Of a stretch of 64,000 nucleotides of DNA, positions 18,512-28,324 are shown in pieces. Made by a program: the position numbers and the translations under genes. The DNA is taken from NCBI GenBank assembly GCA_943332105.1, contig CALQOD010000001.1, positions 6,615 through 70,614 of the forward strand. The letters are read 5' to 3'. This DNA is from Chitinophaga pinensis. Lineage in GTDB: Bacteria; Bacteroidota; Bacteroidia; AKYH767-A; OLB10. Positions within the stretch are counted from its first letter, which is position 1. Each line of letters begins with the position of its first letter. The notes beneath the pieces were generated by a model that made no database searches, was not told where the DNA came from, and worked only from the letters and a program-made list of their open reading frames with translations.

Positions 18512-19969
18512 ATGCAAAAGGAGAAAGAAAACACATTGAAGGAAAAAACTTGTGAGCAAGTATGGGAAAATTGTTTGAAATTAATCAGAGACAATGTAAA
18601 CCCTCAAAACTTCAAAACTTGGTTTGAACCAATAAAACCAGTTAAACTTGATCAGCACACTCTAACCATTGAGGTACCAAGTCAATTTGTTTACGAATGG
18701 CTTGAAGAACATTATATCGGACTTTTACGCAAAATTATCAAACGAGAATTAGGAACTGAAGGCCGTTTAGAATATTCTATTTTAATGGAAAACAGTACTG
18801 CAGGTGCGAAGCCTTATACAGTTAAGTTTCCAGCTAAGAGTAACAATGGACTGAAAAATCCAGCTGTACCAATGCCTCAACAAATCAGTGGTGGCATTCG
18901 TAATCCTTTTATCATTCCAGGTCTTAAGAAAATCGATATTGATTCTCAACTTAACTCTAACTTTTCTTTTGATAATTTAATTGAAGGCGATTGCAATCGC
19001 TTAGCGCGCTCAGCAGGATTTGCAGTTGCACAAAAGCCAGGCGGCACCTCTTTCAATCCATTATTAATTTACGGAAGTAATGGTTTAGGAAAAACGCATC
19101 TTGCCAATGCCATCGGAATTGAAATAAAAAATAACTTCCCTAACAAAACAGTACTATACGTTCAAAGCGAAAAATTTATGTCGCAGTTTGTTGATGCTGT
19201 TAGAAATAATTCTTCCAACGACTTCGTTCATTTTTATCAAATGATGGATGTGTTGATTATTGATGATATTCAATTCTTCGCTGGAAAAGAAAAGACGCAA
19301 GATGTTTTCTTCCATATATTTAATCATTTACACCAAAACAACAAGCAAATCATTCTTACTTGCGATAAACCTCCTGTAGACTTACAAGGTATGGAGCAAC
19401 GCTTACTATCTCGTTTTAAATGGGGATTATCAGCAGATCTACAAGTTCCGGATTTAGAAACTCGTATTGCTATCCTTCGCAGAAAAATGTATGTCGATGG
19501 TATTGAACTTCCTAACGAAATCACTGAATACATCGCATTAAGTATCACTAATAATGTTCGTGAACTGGAAGGAGCTTTAATCTCCATCATGGCACAATCA
19601 TCATTGAATAAAAAGCCTATTACTTTAGAATTGGCAAAGCAGATGATTGATAAGTTTGTGAAGAATACGGTTCATGAAATCTCAATCGACTATATTCAAA
19701 AAATTGTTTGCGACTTCTTTGAATTACCTCTAGAAGTACTGAAATCTAAAACTCGTAAGCGTGAAGTTGTTCAGGCTCGCCAGTTAGCTATGTATTTCAG
19801 TAAACAATTTACCAAGTCCTCGCTATCTAATATTGGAATGCATTGCGGAGGAAAGGATCATGCTACTGTTTTACATGCCTGCAGAACGGTAAATAACCTA
19901 ATAGATACTGATAAGAAATTCAAAGCACAGGTTGTTGACCTTCAAAAAAGAATTAATCTTTCAAGATAA
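18512..19969 (+). CDS. dnaA: chromosomal replication initiator protein
   Basis: Walker A GSNGLGKTHL, Walker B LIIDDIQF, C-terminal DNA-binding block ARQLAMYFSKQFT...GGKDHATVLHA. Confidence 0.97.
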   Translation: MQKEKENTLKEKTCEQVWENCLKLIRDNVNPQNFKTWFEPIKPVKLDQHTLTIEVPSQFVYEWLEEHYIGLLRKIIKRELGTEGRLEYSILMENSTAGAKPYTVKFPAKSNNGLKNPAVPMPQQISGGIRNPFIIPGLKKIDIDSQLNSNFSFDNLIEGDCNRLARSAGFAVAQKPGGTSFNPLLIYGSNGLGKTHLANAIGIEIKNNFPNKTVLYVQSEKFMSQFVDAVRNNSSNDFVHFYQMMDVLIIDDIQFFAGKEKTQDVFFHIFNHLHQNNKQIILTCDKPPVDLQGMEQRLLSRFKWGLSADLQVPDLETRIAILRRKMYVDGIELPNEITEYIALSITNNVRELEGALISIMAQSSLNKKPITLELAKQMIDKFVKNTVHEISIDYIQKIVCDFFELPLEVLKSKTRKREVVQARQLAMYFSKQFTKSSLSNIGMHCGGKDHATVLHACRTVNNLIDTDKKFKAQVVDLQKRINLSR

Positions 19970-19990
19970 TCACAATTAAAAAAATCTGAA

Positions 19991-20021
19991 ATGTCTCGTA
20001 ATTTTTACGGGACATTTTTTT
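19991..20021 (+). terminator. intrinsic terminator after dnaA
   Basis: 10-bp stem atgtctcgta/tacgggacat (one G-U), 5-nt loop, then a T6-7 tract. Confidence 0.7.
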
Positions 20022-20034
20022 ATAATTTCACGCC

Positions 20035-20517
20035 ATGAAAATTTTGATGGTTTGCTTGGGTAATATTTGCCGTTCTCCTCTTGCCGAAGGCCTTATGATT
20101 GAGAAACTGAATAAGTATGCTATTTATTTTCAAGTTGATTCGGCTGGTACGGGAGGTTGGCATATCGGCTCGGCACCTGATAAACGATCGATAAAAATAG
20201 CCGCAGAGAACGGATTAGACATTAGTAAACAAACTTGTAGGGTAATTGTGGATGAAGATTATCAGGAATTCGATTATCTATTCGCAATGGACATTAGCAT
20301 CTACCAGACATTGCGGGAACGTTCTCCAAATCCTGAACACCTGGAGAAAATAAAGCTTATTTGTGATATTAACGAAGCCTACGACGGTACCGAAATGGAA
20401 AATATGGATGTCCCCGACCCATACACCGGCGACTTAAACGATTTCAGAATTATTTACCGTATGCTCAATAATCTTTGCGAAAAATGGGCCGCCAAACTGG
20501 TTTCGAAAAAGAGATAA
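20035..20517 (+). CDS. low-molecular-weight protein tyrosine phosphatase
   Basis: P-loop CLGNICRSP (CX5R) and DPY loop (VPDPYTG). Confidence 0.9.
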   Translation: MKILMVCLGNICRSPLAEGLMIEKLNKYAIYFQVDSAGTGGWHIGSAPDKRSIKIAAENGLDISKQTCRVIVDEDYQEFDYLFAMDISIYQTLRERSPNPEHLEKIKLICDINEAYDGTEMENMDVPDPYTGDLNDFRIIYRMLNNLCEKWAAKLVSKKR

Positions 20518-20586
20518 CTTAACAAATACCTATTGATACTCTTAAAATGAATTTAAAACCTATTATTAAGCAATAAAATTTTAATG

Positions 20587-20594
20587 TATATTTG
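20587..20594 (+). promoter_or_regulatory. -7 promoter box TATATTTG, 26 nt upstream of ATG 20621
   Basis: exact TAnnTTTG. Confidence 0.4.
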
Positions 20595-20620
20595 CCAACA
20601 ATAAACAGATTTATTAAAGC

Positions 20621-21298
20621 ATGGCATCAAATAAAAACGAAGGATTCGAAATAGACGAATCAATTGATAAGGTTGAGCATTATGTTCAGCAAAATAAAAA
20701 AAGTCTGACAATTATTGTTGTCGCTGCAGTAGGAATCGTACTTACCTATTTTGCATACACCAACTTAGTGTTAGGACCTCAGGAAGAAAAAGCACAAAAT
20801 GCGATGTTCGCTGCTGAAAGATATTTTAGTCAGGACAGTTTAAAGCAATCATCAAATGGTGATGGAACATATCCAGGCTTTGAGCAAATTGCACAAGATT
20901 ATGGTTCCACTAAGACAGGTAATTTAGCTAATTACTATTTAGGCATGACTTACCTTAAAAAAGGTGAATTCGAAAAAGCTATTGAAACTTTAAAAAAATA
21001 TGATGCAGAAGACGATATAACAGGCGCATTAGCATTAGGTGGAATAGCAGCTGCAAATCAGGAATTAAATCGCGTTGACGAAGCGGTATCATTTTACAAG
21101 AAAGCTTCTGACTACGATGACAATAACTTCACTCGTCCTTTATTCTTATTTAAAACTGGTAGAGCTTACGAGCAACAAAAGAATTACAGTGCTGCATTGG
21201 AAGTATATAATCAAATCAAGAAAGATTATCCAACTAGCACAGAGGCTCGCGATATCGACAAATTCATCGGCCGTGCTACGGCATTATCATCAAAATAA
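20621..21298 (+). CDS. membrane-anchored tetratricopeptide-repeat protein (YfgM-like layout)
   Basis: single TM helix after about 30 aa, then TPR-like repeats (YYLGMTYLKKGEFEKAIE, AYEQQKNYSAALEVY); immediately upstream of ribH. Confidence 0.65.
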   Translation: MASNKNEGFEIDESIDKVEHYVQQNKKSLTIIVVAAVGIVLTYFAYTNLVLGPQEEKAQNAMFAAERYFSQDSLKQSSNGDGTYPGFEQIAQDYGSTKTGNLANYYLGMTYLKKGEFEKAIETLKKYDAEDDITGALALGGIAAANQELNRVDEAVSFYKKASDYDDNNFTRPLFLFKTGRAYEQQKNYSAALEVYNQIKKDYPTSTEARDIDKFIGRATALSSK

Positions 21299-21307
21299 AA
21301 TATTATA

Positions 21308-21790
21308 ATGTCGACAGCTCATCAATCGCTATCGCATCATCAAGCTCACGAAATGCCAAATGCCGAACCTTATAAGTTCGGCATTGTTGTAGCAGAATGG
21401 AATCATGTTATCACAGAATCCATGGCTCAAGGAGCTGTTAACTTTTTAAATGATGCTGGCGCTAAATCAGAAAACATTACTCGTATTAATGTTCCCGGTA
21501 GTTTTGAATTAACGGCAGGAGCATCGATGCTTGCTCAAGAAAATTATGATGCAATCATTTGTATCGGCTGTGTAATCCAAGGAGAAACAAGGCATTTCGA
21601 TTTTATTTGTGGAGCTGTCGCAAATGGCATTACAAATCTTACGATCAAATACAATAAACCATTTATATTTGGAGTATTAACTACTGATAATTTAGATCAA
21701 GCCATTGATCGTTCTGGTGGTAAGCATGGCAACAAAGGGATTGAAGCCGCAGCCACAGCACTTAAGATGGTCGCATTAAAAAATAAATAA
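21308..21790 (+). CDS. ribH: 6,7-dimethyl-8-ribityllumazine synthase
   Basis: VPGSFEL and GCVIQGETRHFDF motifs; 160 aa. Confidence 0.95.
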   Translation: MSTAHQSLSHHQAHEMPNAEPYKFGIVVAEWNHVITESMAQGAVNFLNDAGAKSENITRINVPGSFELTAGASMLAQENYDAIICIGCVIQGETRHFDFICGAVANGITNLTIKYNKPFIFGVLTTDNLDQAIDRSGGKHGNKGIEAAATALKMVALKNK

Positions 21791-21792
21791 CC

Positions 21793-22224
21793 ATGAAAAA
21801 AACACACTTATTATTACTTGCTATTTTTTGTTTTTTCACCACTACCCTATCGGCGCAAAAAAAATCACCGTCTTCATCAAAAGCACCTGTCATTAAATTT
21901 TGTAATGCTTCAAGCGATACTGCAAGAACTTATAAGATGACTTTAGCTAATTTGCAGGAATGGTCTAATTCACCTAAGGTAATGGTTAAATGTAGCGATG
22001 GTAAGTCATATCAATTACATCAATTCGGCATCCAGGTTTTTGTTAAAAACCCGATGGAAATGAAAGACTTTGGACAAGGTTTAGATGGATTTCCAATTAT
22101 GGCTAAAAAGTCAATTGCTAAGCTAATTTCTGGAGATACAATCATCCTAAGCAATGTAATTGGTTATGATGATAAACAATCAGAAATAAAACTTCCTGGT
22201 ATAGTCATCGCCGTTACTGAGTAG
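21793..22224 (+). CDS. hypothetical secreted protein
   Basis: signal peptide MKKTHLLLLAIFCFFTTTLSAQ; 2 nt after ribH stop; no family recognised. Confidence 0.5.
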   Translation: MKKTHLLLLAIFCFFTTTLSAQKKSPSSSKAPVIKFCNASSDTARTYKMTLANLQEWSNSPKVMVKCSDGKSYQLHQFGIQVFVKNPMEMKDFGQGLDGFPIMAKKSIAKLISGDTIILSNVIGYDDKQSEIKLPGIVIAVTE

Positions 22225-22297
22225 TTTTTGATTGATCAATATTACATAGTAAAATAGATATCCATTTTATTTTTTGATTTTTATGGAAACCTATGGA

Positions 22298-22843
22298 TTA
22301 ATTACAGTTCGCCACCTCAAAAACGCCATTTGATACAACATGGTTATTGCCTAAAACATCTTTTATAGTACCTGAAAAAGTTCCCTTTATTTTACCAACT
22401 GAATTAGAACCTGGATTAGAAGAAAGGTCATTGGGATCTATTGAACTTATTGCAACTTGCATTGAGCCACCATTCAAAGTTGAACAAATTTCTGACATGT
22501 TATTTGGATCAAAAATCAAACTAAAATACTCTGATTGTGATAATTCTTGAACATTGTAAGTTCCAACACTAAAATTAGGAATGACAGCCGTAACTGTTAT
22601 ACCAACTACACCATTGGTAGCTTTTTGTAAGACAATGTTATCACCCACTGAAGTTGCCTGACCACTACTAGCTCCATTAGCTAGTTGATTTCCACTCCAA
22701 GAATAAGAAGTTCCGTCAAAATTAAAGCTAAAACTATATACTGCGGAAGCAGATCCAGTTGATACGTTTCTTGATGAATTGTCATCTTTTTTACATCCAA
22801 CAAACGTAAAAATTATGAATTGAATTAATAATAGCTTTTTCAT
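22298..22843 (-). CDS. hypothetical lipoprotein
   Basis: lipobox FTFVGC; S/G/N-rich beta-type sequence. Confidence 0.5.
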   Translation of the reverse strand: MKKLLLIQFIIFTFVGCKKDDNSSRNVSTGSASAVYSFSFNFDGTSYSWSGNQLANGASSGQATSVGDNIVLQKATNGVVGITVTAVIPNFSVGTYNVQELSQSEYFSLIFDPNNMSEICSTLNGGSMQVAISSIDPNDLSSNPGSNSVGKIKGTFSGTIKDVLGNNHVVSNGVFEVANCN

Positions 22844-22860
22844 TCTAGATTTATTTTAAA

Positions 22861-22868
22861 CAAATATA
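22861..22868 (-). promoter_or_regulatory. -7 promoter box TATATTTG, 17 nt upstream of ATG 22843
   Basis: exact TAnnTTTG on minus strand. Confidence 0.4.
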
Positions 22869-22879
22869 GTATTAATTAT

Positions 22880-23317
22880 TTAAAAAATCACTTTCCATTC
22901 GGCGTAAGAAGTCGGTGTTTCGTATAATCTTAATTGCACTAATTCAAGTCCTGTAGGAATCCTTTTGATTAATCGGTCACGGATATCCAACATGATATTT
23001 TCACATGTTGGCTGATAGCTCGTTAGTAAAATCCTTGTCCAGTTTAGCTCCGACCAATTCATATTTGCATGTTCACTATTCTGACGTAAAACCAACGCAT
23101 GGTCGAATGTTTCAATCACTTCACTCTTTACCCATTGCTTTATATCTGTAAAGTCAGCAATCATACCATCCAAAGGAGCGCCTCGCTGATCTAAAATTTT
23201 CCCTGAAACAGATACATGAAGAATATAAGTATGACCATGAATATGACGACATTTACCTGGATAGTTCTCCAATGCATGCGCCATATCGAATGTAAAGATT
23301 TTATTTAGCGTTACCAT
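22880..23317 (-). CDS. queD: 6-carboxy-5,6,7,8-tetrahydropterin synthase
   Basis: catalytic Cys plus zinc His motif GKCRHIHGHTY; 145 aa. Confidence 0.88.
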   Translation of the reverse strand: MVTLNKIFTFDMAHALENYPGKCRHIHGHTYILHVSVSGKILDQRGAPLDGMIADFTDIKQWVKSEVIETFDHALVLRQNSEHANMNWSELNWTRILLTSYQPTCENIMLDIRDRLIKRIPTGLELVQLRLYETPTSYAEWKVIF

Positions 23318-23349
23318 ATCGCGTGCAAAAATGTAGATTATTCAGTTAG

Positions 23350-24456
23350 CTACAAAGAATACGTTTCATTATTCCATTTTCTTCCAATAGAAAACAACGT
23401 ATATAAACAAATACTTAAGCAAGTACCAGGAAACACAACTAACCACCAGGCATACATAGAATCTTTACCTTCCATAATTAAAGTACCCCATGTAACCTGA
23501 TCTGGCGCTACACCCCATCCTAAAAAACTTAAAGAAGCTTCAGATAATACTGCCCCACCAAATGAAAAAGAAAAAATAGAAATAATCAATGGCAAAATAT
23601 TAGGTAAGATGTGCTTGATGGTTATACGCATCCTGCTTGCTCCAGACAATTGAGCTGAAGCGTAATAGTCCATACCTTGAATTCGCTTTAATTCAGATCG
23701 CATCATACGCGCTATTTCCATCCACCCAGTAATTCCTAATAACACTATAAGTATTGTAATACTATGCTCGTAAATTCCCATTATCGCTACAACAAAAAAT
23801 AGTCGCGGAACCGCAGAAAACAATATTGTAAGTTGCATTTCTATTTTTTCGAAATTGATTGACAAATTATTTATCCTAAAGTATTTTAATTGCAAAAGAA
23901 AATAAAAACTAATCGATGCTACAACAACTACAAACCATTTGTAAACACTATTAAGTTCAACATTAGCAATTAGATTATAAAAAAACAAAAAGACTATAAT
24001 GCAAATCATTAACTGAAAGAATGATAAATGAATACGCCCTTCATTCGAAAAAGCAGAGGTTGCTCCTATTGACATTCCAATAACAAGACTGATTAACGCA
24101 GCAAAGAAACCAATTAAAAGTGCGTATCGGGTTCCATGTATAATACCAGCTAGTACATCACATCCACGCAATGTTGTCCCTAACCAATGACGATAATGTA
24201 TAGAATTGTTCTTTAAATGCTGTTGAGAAAAAGGACTTTTATAATCGGCATTATCAAAATCACTTACACCAGGACTATAAGGTATTGGTGGCATAATTAT
24301 GATATCATCAGGGGCCTTTTCGTAGTTGATTCGTGATAAACAAGGGAATGAAATATGATTGGCTCTAAACAATAATAATGGATTTTGATTACTGATTAAT
24401 GGAGCAGAAATAGCTATCAAAATAAAAACTAAAAATAGAGTATATCCTTTTTTCAT
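23350..24456 (-). CDS. ABC transporter permease (DppC/OppC-like)
   Basis: 6-TM BPD_transp_1-type core with EAA-like loop ASAQLSGASRMRITIKHILPN. Confidence 0.85.
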   Translation of the reverse strand: MKKGYTLFLVFILIAISAPLISNQNPLLLFRANHISFPCLSRINYEKAPDDIIIMPPIPYSPGVSDFDNADYKSPFSQQHLKNNSIHYRHWLGTTLRGCDVLAGIIHGTRYALLIGFFAALISLVIGMSIGATSAFSNEGRIHLSFFQLMICIIVFLFFYNLIANVELNSVYKWFVVVVASISFYFLLQLKYFRINNLSINFEKIEMQLTILFSAVPRLFFVVAIMGIYEHSITILIVLLGITGWMEIARMMRSELKRIQGMDYYASAQLSGASRMRITIKHILPNILPLIISIFSFSFGGAVLSEASLSFLGWGVAPDQVTWGTLIMEGKDSMYAWWLVVFPGTCLSICLYTLFSIGRKWNNETYSL

Positions 24457-24461
24457 AGTAT

Positions 24462-25841
24462 TTATATTTTTCGAATTAAAATGCGACCATTTATTTTTTT
24501 CTGATAAAAATCTAAAACAAAAAAACTAAAAGCCGTAATTGCTCCAATGAATCCAAATAAAGTAATCAAGACAGGCACATCCTGATTTCTGGCAGAACTC
24601 ATTAACAAATTTCCAATACCTGAAATAGAATAAAGTTGCTCTACTACTAATGAACCAGAAAGTAAAGCAGGAAACAATAAAAATAAAAAAGTAGAAGAAG
24701 AATAAATTGCATTCTTTAAAACCTGCTTGTAAATAATATTACGTACAGATGCACCCATCATTTTTGCTGACAATACATAATTTTTCGAGAATTCTATTTC
24801 AAATGATTGATACAATAAAATTACAAAAAAAATAATTGCACCGAAAGACAATGTATATACTGGAAGAATAAAGTAATTCCATGAATTAAAAACTGATATC
24901 AACCAGCCATCTTCACTCATACAAAAAGGAGAAAAAGAAAAATTAGAAGGCAACAAATCTAAAATTAGAGGATTAGAAAAAAAATAAATCAGAATAGCTC
25001 CAACAAAAAAAGCTGGAACGCTATAAAGGAACGTTATGGAAGCATAAATATACTTAACAATTTTTTTATCTTTTAACAAAAATAATTCGCACGATAACAA
25101 AATACTAGTAATTAAAATAAAGAACATCGACAAAAACGAAATAAGAAAAGTAATTAAAAATGGTTTTTTAAGGGCAGTCCGAACAGACTCCTTAGTATAC
25201 CAAGAATTAGTATAAACTCCTCCCTCTTTATTAAACAAATCTTGACACCACACTAAAAATTGATTACTTGAATTTAAATTTATCACAGGAAACAACTGTA
25301 AAAAACGATTTTCAATTTTTATTTCTGAGATATCATTAAGCAATAATGCTGTTGTAGATTGCTTAGGTAATAATTTTTTAAACTGAGCGAAATAACTACT
25401 CAGCGAATCGAATTCTGTGGTTACCGTTAAATTACTTGCGATGCGTTGTAAACCTAAAACCTGTGAAGGCGGGACATTCCATTCTTCAAGATGAAAAGAA
25501 TATAAGCTTTTATAAACCTGATACACTGATACTGGATCTCCTGTAGTACATGACCACTTAATTAAAAAATCTTTTTCTGGTGTTTCCGGAAAATATTTAA
25601 AACTATCTGGCAATGCTAAATTAGAAATCGAAAAATAAAATGCAGCCTTGCTAAATCCATATTGATGATAAAGTGAAATATAATCTGGTGAATAAACAGA
25701 AATACTATGCTGCGAAAAATTGCTATTAGTTGTTAAAGATTGCAATGGTCTATTAGACTGACAACGCATCAATAAAAATGAAAATCCAGCAACAACAAAG
25801 AAAGAAACCAAAACCAAAAAACATTTAACTAGTATTTTCAT
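24462..25841 (-). CDS. ABC transporter permease (DppB/OppB-like) with ~200-aa extracytoplasmic insertion after TM1
   Basis: EAA-like loop SAKMMGASVRNIIYKQVLKNA; long non-hydrophobic stretch between the first and second helices. Confidence 0.8.
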   Translation of the reverse strand: MKILVKCFLVLVSFFVVAGFSFLLMRCQSNRPLQSLTTNSNFSQHSISVYSPDYISLYHQYGFSKAAFYFSISNLALPDSFKYFPETPEKDFLIKWSCTTGDPVSVYQVYKSLYSFHLEEWNVPPSQVLGLQRIASNLTVTTEFDSLSSYFAQFKKLLPKQSTTALLLNDISEIKIENRFLQLFPVINLNSSNQFLVWCQDLFNKEGGVYTNSWYTKESVRTALKKPFLITFLISFLSMFFILITSILLSCELFLLKDKKIVKYIYASITFLYSVPAFFVGAILIYFFSNPLILDLLPSNFSFSPFCMSEDGWLISVFNSWNYFILPVYTLSFGAIIFFVILLYQSFEIEFSKNYVLSAKMMGASVRNIIYKQVLKNAIYSSSTFLFLLFPALLSGSLVVEQLYSISGIGNLLMSSARNQDVPVLITLFGFIGAITAFSFFVLDFYQKKINGRILIRKI

Positions 25842-25844
25842 GCA

Positions 25845-27701
25845 TTAATTATTTACAGAAGATTGCTGATGAAGCGAATTCAACTTTAATGGTGAATAAA
25901 AAATACCTGGACGTTCTGCATAAAATCTTGCATTGCTAAAACGCTTATGTAAAACACAGCGACGAACTAATCCATACATAAAAATATATGGTTGTTCATC
26001 ATATATCAGCTGTTGCATTTTCAATTCTAAACTTATTTTTTTTGAGACATTTGTTTCTTTAGCAATACAGAATATCAAACTATCAGAAGACGTGTTACCA
26101 AAACCTGAATAATTATTGCCATTTCCAGCATACGAAGCTGTGGACCATAGCTGACTATAATCTTCTGGTAAAGATGAAGTGTTCCAAGACCCCATAGCTA
26201 AATCGAAATCATGAGTGGTTAACTTCTCAAGCCATGTTGGATAATCATAAGAAACTAAATTTATTTTTATTCCAGCGCGCATCATACCCTCTGCAATTAC
26301 CATAGCCATTTCTTTCCAATCAGGTATTGTATTTAGATAAGCTAATTCTAGCACTAAAGGAGTTGGTTTATTATTAATTAATTTCTCACGAACACCATCC
26401 TTGTTACTATCAACCCATCCACTTTTATTCAATAATTCATTTGCTTTTGTAATATCAAAAGGTATAAGAACTAGATCATTATTGCATTCCTTTTTCAAAG
26501 GAGCAACGGGACCAGCAACGCGTTTATTAATTCCCTTATTTACTACTTTAATCATATTATCTATTTGGGATGAATAAGCAAGTGCTTTTCGAACATTCAA
26601 ATCATTCAATATCATTGGATGCTTCAAACCATCAGGCTGTGTATTTAGCGCGATATAAGTATAACCATAAGTATCTATGAATTTGCTATTATAATTTTTA
26701 TTAAAGAGTTTGTTTTGTTGTAATTCGAGAAGTAATCGAGTTGGAAATGCACCAGATGCATCATACAACTGAGTTAAAAAACTTGCTTTTTGTACAGCTG
26801 GATCTTGCGAAATACGAAATATAATTTTTTCAGGAAAAGCCTTAGTAGTATTGTCAACAGTAGCACTAGTCCAATGATTTTGTTTTTTAATGATTGAAAT
26901 AAACTGTCCTCGCTCCCATCGTTCTAATTTATACGGTCCCATTCCTGAAATAAACGAAGGATTAGCACACATATCATCACTATTAAACTGATTCGCCCAT
27001 TTTATAAGTTGTGCATTTTTTTCCTGAAGAAAAGATTTATTATTTAGTTGATGAAATGAAACATCATGAAGTGTATTATTAAAATCATATTTGCTTTCTT
27101 GAAGAATTGCATAATCGCACCACATAGGCAAATTATATTCAGAAGCATTCTTAAAAAGGATAGCAAATTTGAGATTATTTAAGGAGTCAATAATTACGTC
27201 TTCTACATTATCAAAAAAGAATTTATTTGAAATATTATTTGTTAACTGACATTTAGAGGCTTTAATAGTAAAAGACACATCACTTGCATTCACTTGAGCA
27301 CCGTTATCCCATCTAACACCTTTTTTAATTTGAAAAGTGAGTGCATTTGAATTATTTGATTGCATTGGCATAGATTCACAAATGCCTGGAGATATATTTC
27401 CATTTTGCAAATCTGTTTTTATTAATGCCCCATGCAAGTACATAAGAACCTCATCACGAATTTGAGATGAGCCATTTGTTGGATGAAGGTTATCTGGATC
27501 CGCCAATATTTGAACATTTACGACATTAGAATCAGACCATGAGGGATCCCATTGAGTGGCATCCTGTAAATTATAACTTAGGGAAGAACCACTTACGCTG
27601 CTAGTCAAGATACTCCTTTTGGACTCGCACGAAGAAATAAAAACTATCACACTGAAATAGTTAAACCCAAAAAGCAGAATAGATTTTATGTGGTGGTGCA
27701 T
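25845..27701 (-). CDS. ABC transporter substrate-binding lipoprotein, family 5 (peptide/nickel type)
   Basis: lipobox FISSC; 618 aa; family-5 SBP-like blocks (GPYKLERWERGQ, YGYTYIALN). Confidence 0.8.
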   Translation of the reverse strand: MHHHIKSILLFGFNYFSVIVFISSCESKRSILTSSVSGSSLSYNLQDATQWDPSWSDSNVVNVQILADPDNLHPTNGSSQIRDEVLMYLHGALIKTDLQNGNISPGICESMPMQSNNSNALTFQIKKGVRWDNGAQVNASDVSFTIKASKCQLTNNISNKFFFDNVEDVIIDSLNNLKFAILFKNASEYNLPMWCDYAILQESKYDFNNTLHDVSFHQLNNKSFLQEKNAQLIKWANQFNSDDMCANPSFISGMGPYKLERWERGQFISIIKKQNHWTSATVDNTTKAFPEKIIFRISQDPAVQKASFLTQLYDASGAFPTRLLLELQQNKLFNKNYNSKFIDTYGYTYIALNTQPDGLKHPMILNDLNVRKALAYSSQIDNMIKVVNKGINKRVAGPVAPLKKECNNDLVLIPFDITKANELLNKSGWVDSNKDGVREKLINNKPTPLVLELAYLNTIPDWKEMAMVIAEGMMRAGIKINLVSYDYPTWLEKLTTHDFDLAMGSWNTSSLPEDYSQLWSTASYAGNGNNYSGFGNTSSDSLIFCIAKETNVSKKISLELKMQQLIYDEQPYIFMYGLVRRCVLHKRFSNARFYAERPGIFYSPLKLNSLHQQSSVNN

Positions 27702-27705
27702 TTAA

Positions 27706-27713
27706 CAAATATA
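27706..27713 (-). promoter_or_regulatory. -7 promoter box TATATTTG, only 4 nt upstream of the ATG of the ABC operon (leaderless-type)
   Basis: exact TAnnTTTG on minus strand. Confidence 0.45.
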
Positions 27714-27780
27714 AAATTTAACCTTAAAAAATCTGTAAGAATAAAATTAAAATAAATTTTGGAGAAGAGTATTTACTTCT

Positions 27781-27788
27781 TACCTTTG
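27781..27788 (+). promoter_or_regulatory. -7 promoter box TACCTTTG, 13 nt upstream of the tRNA-Ser 5' end; TTG 19 nt further upstream
   Basis: exact TAnnTTTG; candidate -33 TTG at 27759..27761. Confidence 0.55.
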
Positions 27789-27801
27789 CAGCCCCACATA
27801 A

Positions 27802-27891
<90 letters not shown>

Positions 27892-27944
27892 GGTTCAATT
27901 AAAATAGTACATCGTTCTAGAAATATTACAGTTTAGATATCATT

Positions 27945-28018
27945 CGGGGTGTAGCGTAGCCCGGTATCGCGCCACATTTGGGATGTGGAGGTCGTAGGTT
28001 CGAATCCTGCCACCCCGA
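27945..28018 (+). tRNA. tRNA-Pro (anticodon TGG)
   Basis: acceptor CGGGGTG/CACCCCG, anticodon loop TTTGGGA, T-loop TTCGAAT. Confidence 0.92.
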
Positions 28019-28099
28019 CAAATTTTGTTCTTCGACATTTGATTTTTTAATCCATTTTCAGTTTGTCGTTTTTTTCTTGTAAAGAACTCTGAAATTACC

Positions 28100-28173
<74 letters not shown>

Positions 28174-28324
28174 CTTTTACAACGATTTCAAAAGACTATT
28201 TTTCTCGTTTAACCCATCCAAATCCTACTTTAAAATATTAATTCATTTTTAAATAACTAATTATTATTTAGATTAAATCATTTTTCTAACTTCACGCTTC
28301 CAAAATTGCTATAAAATAAATACC

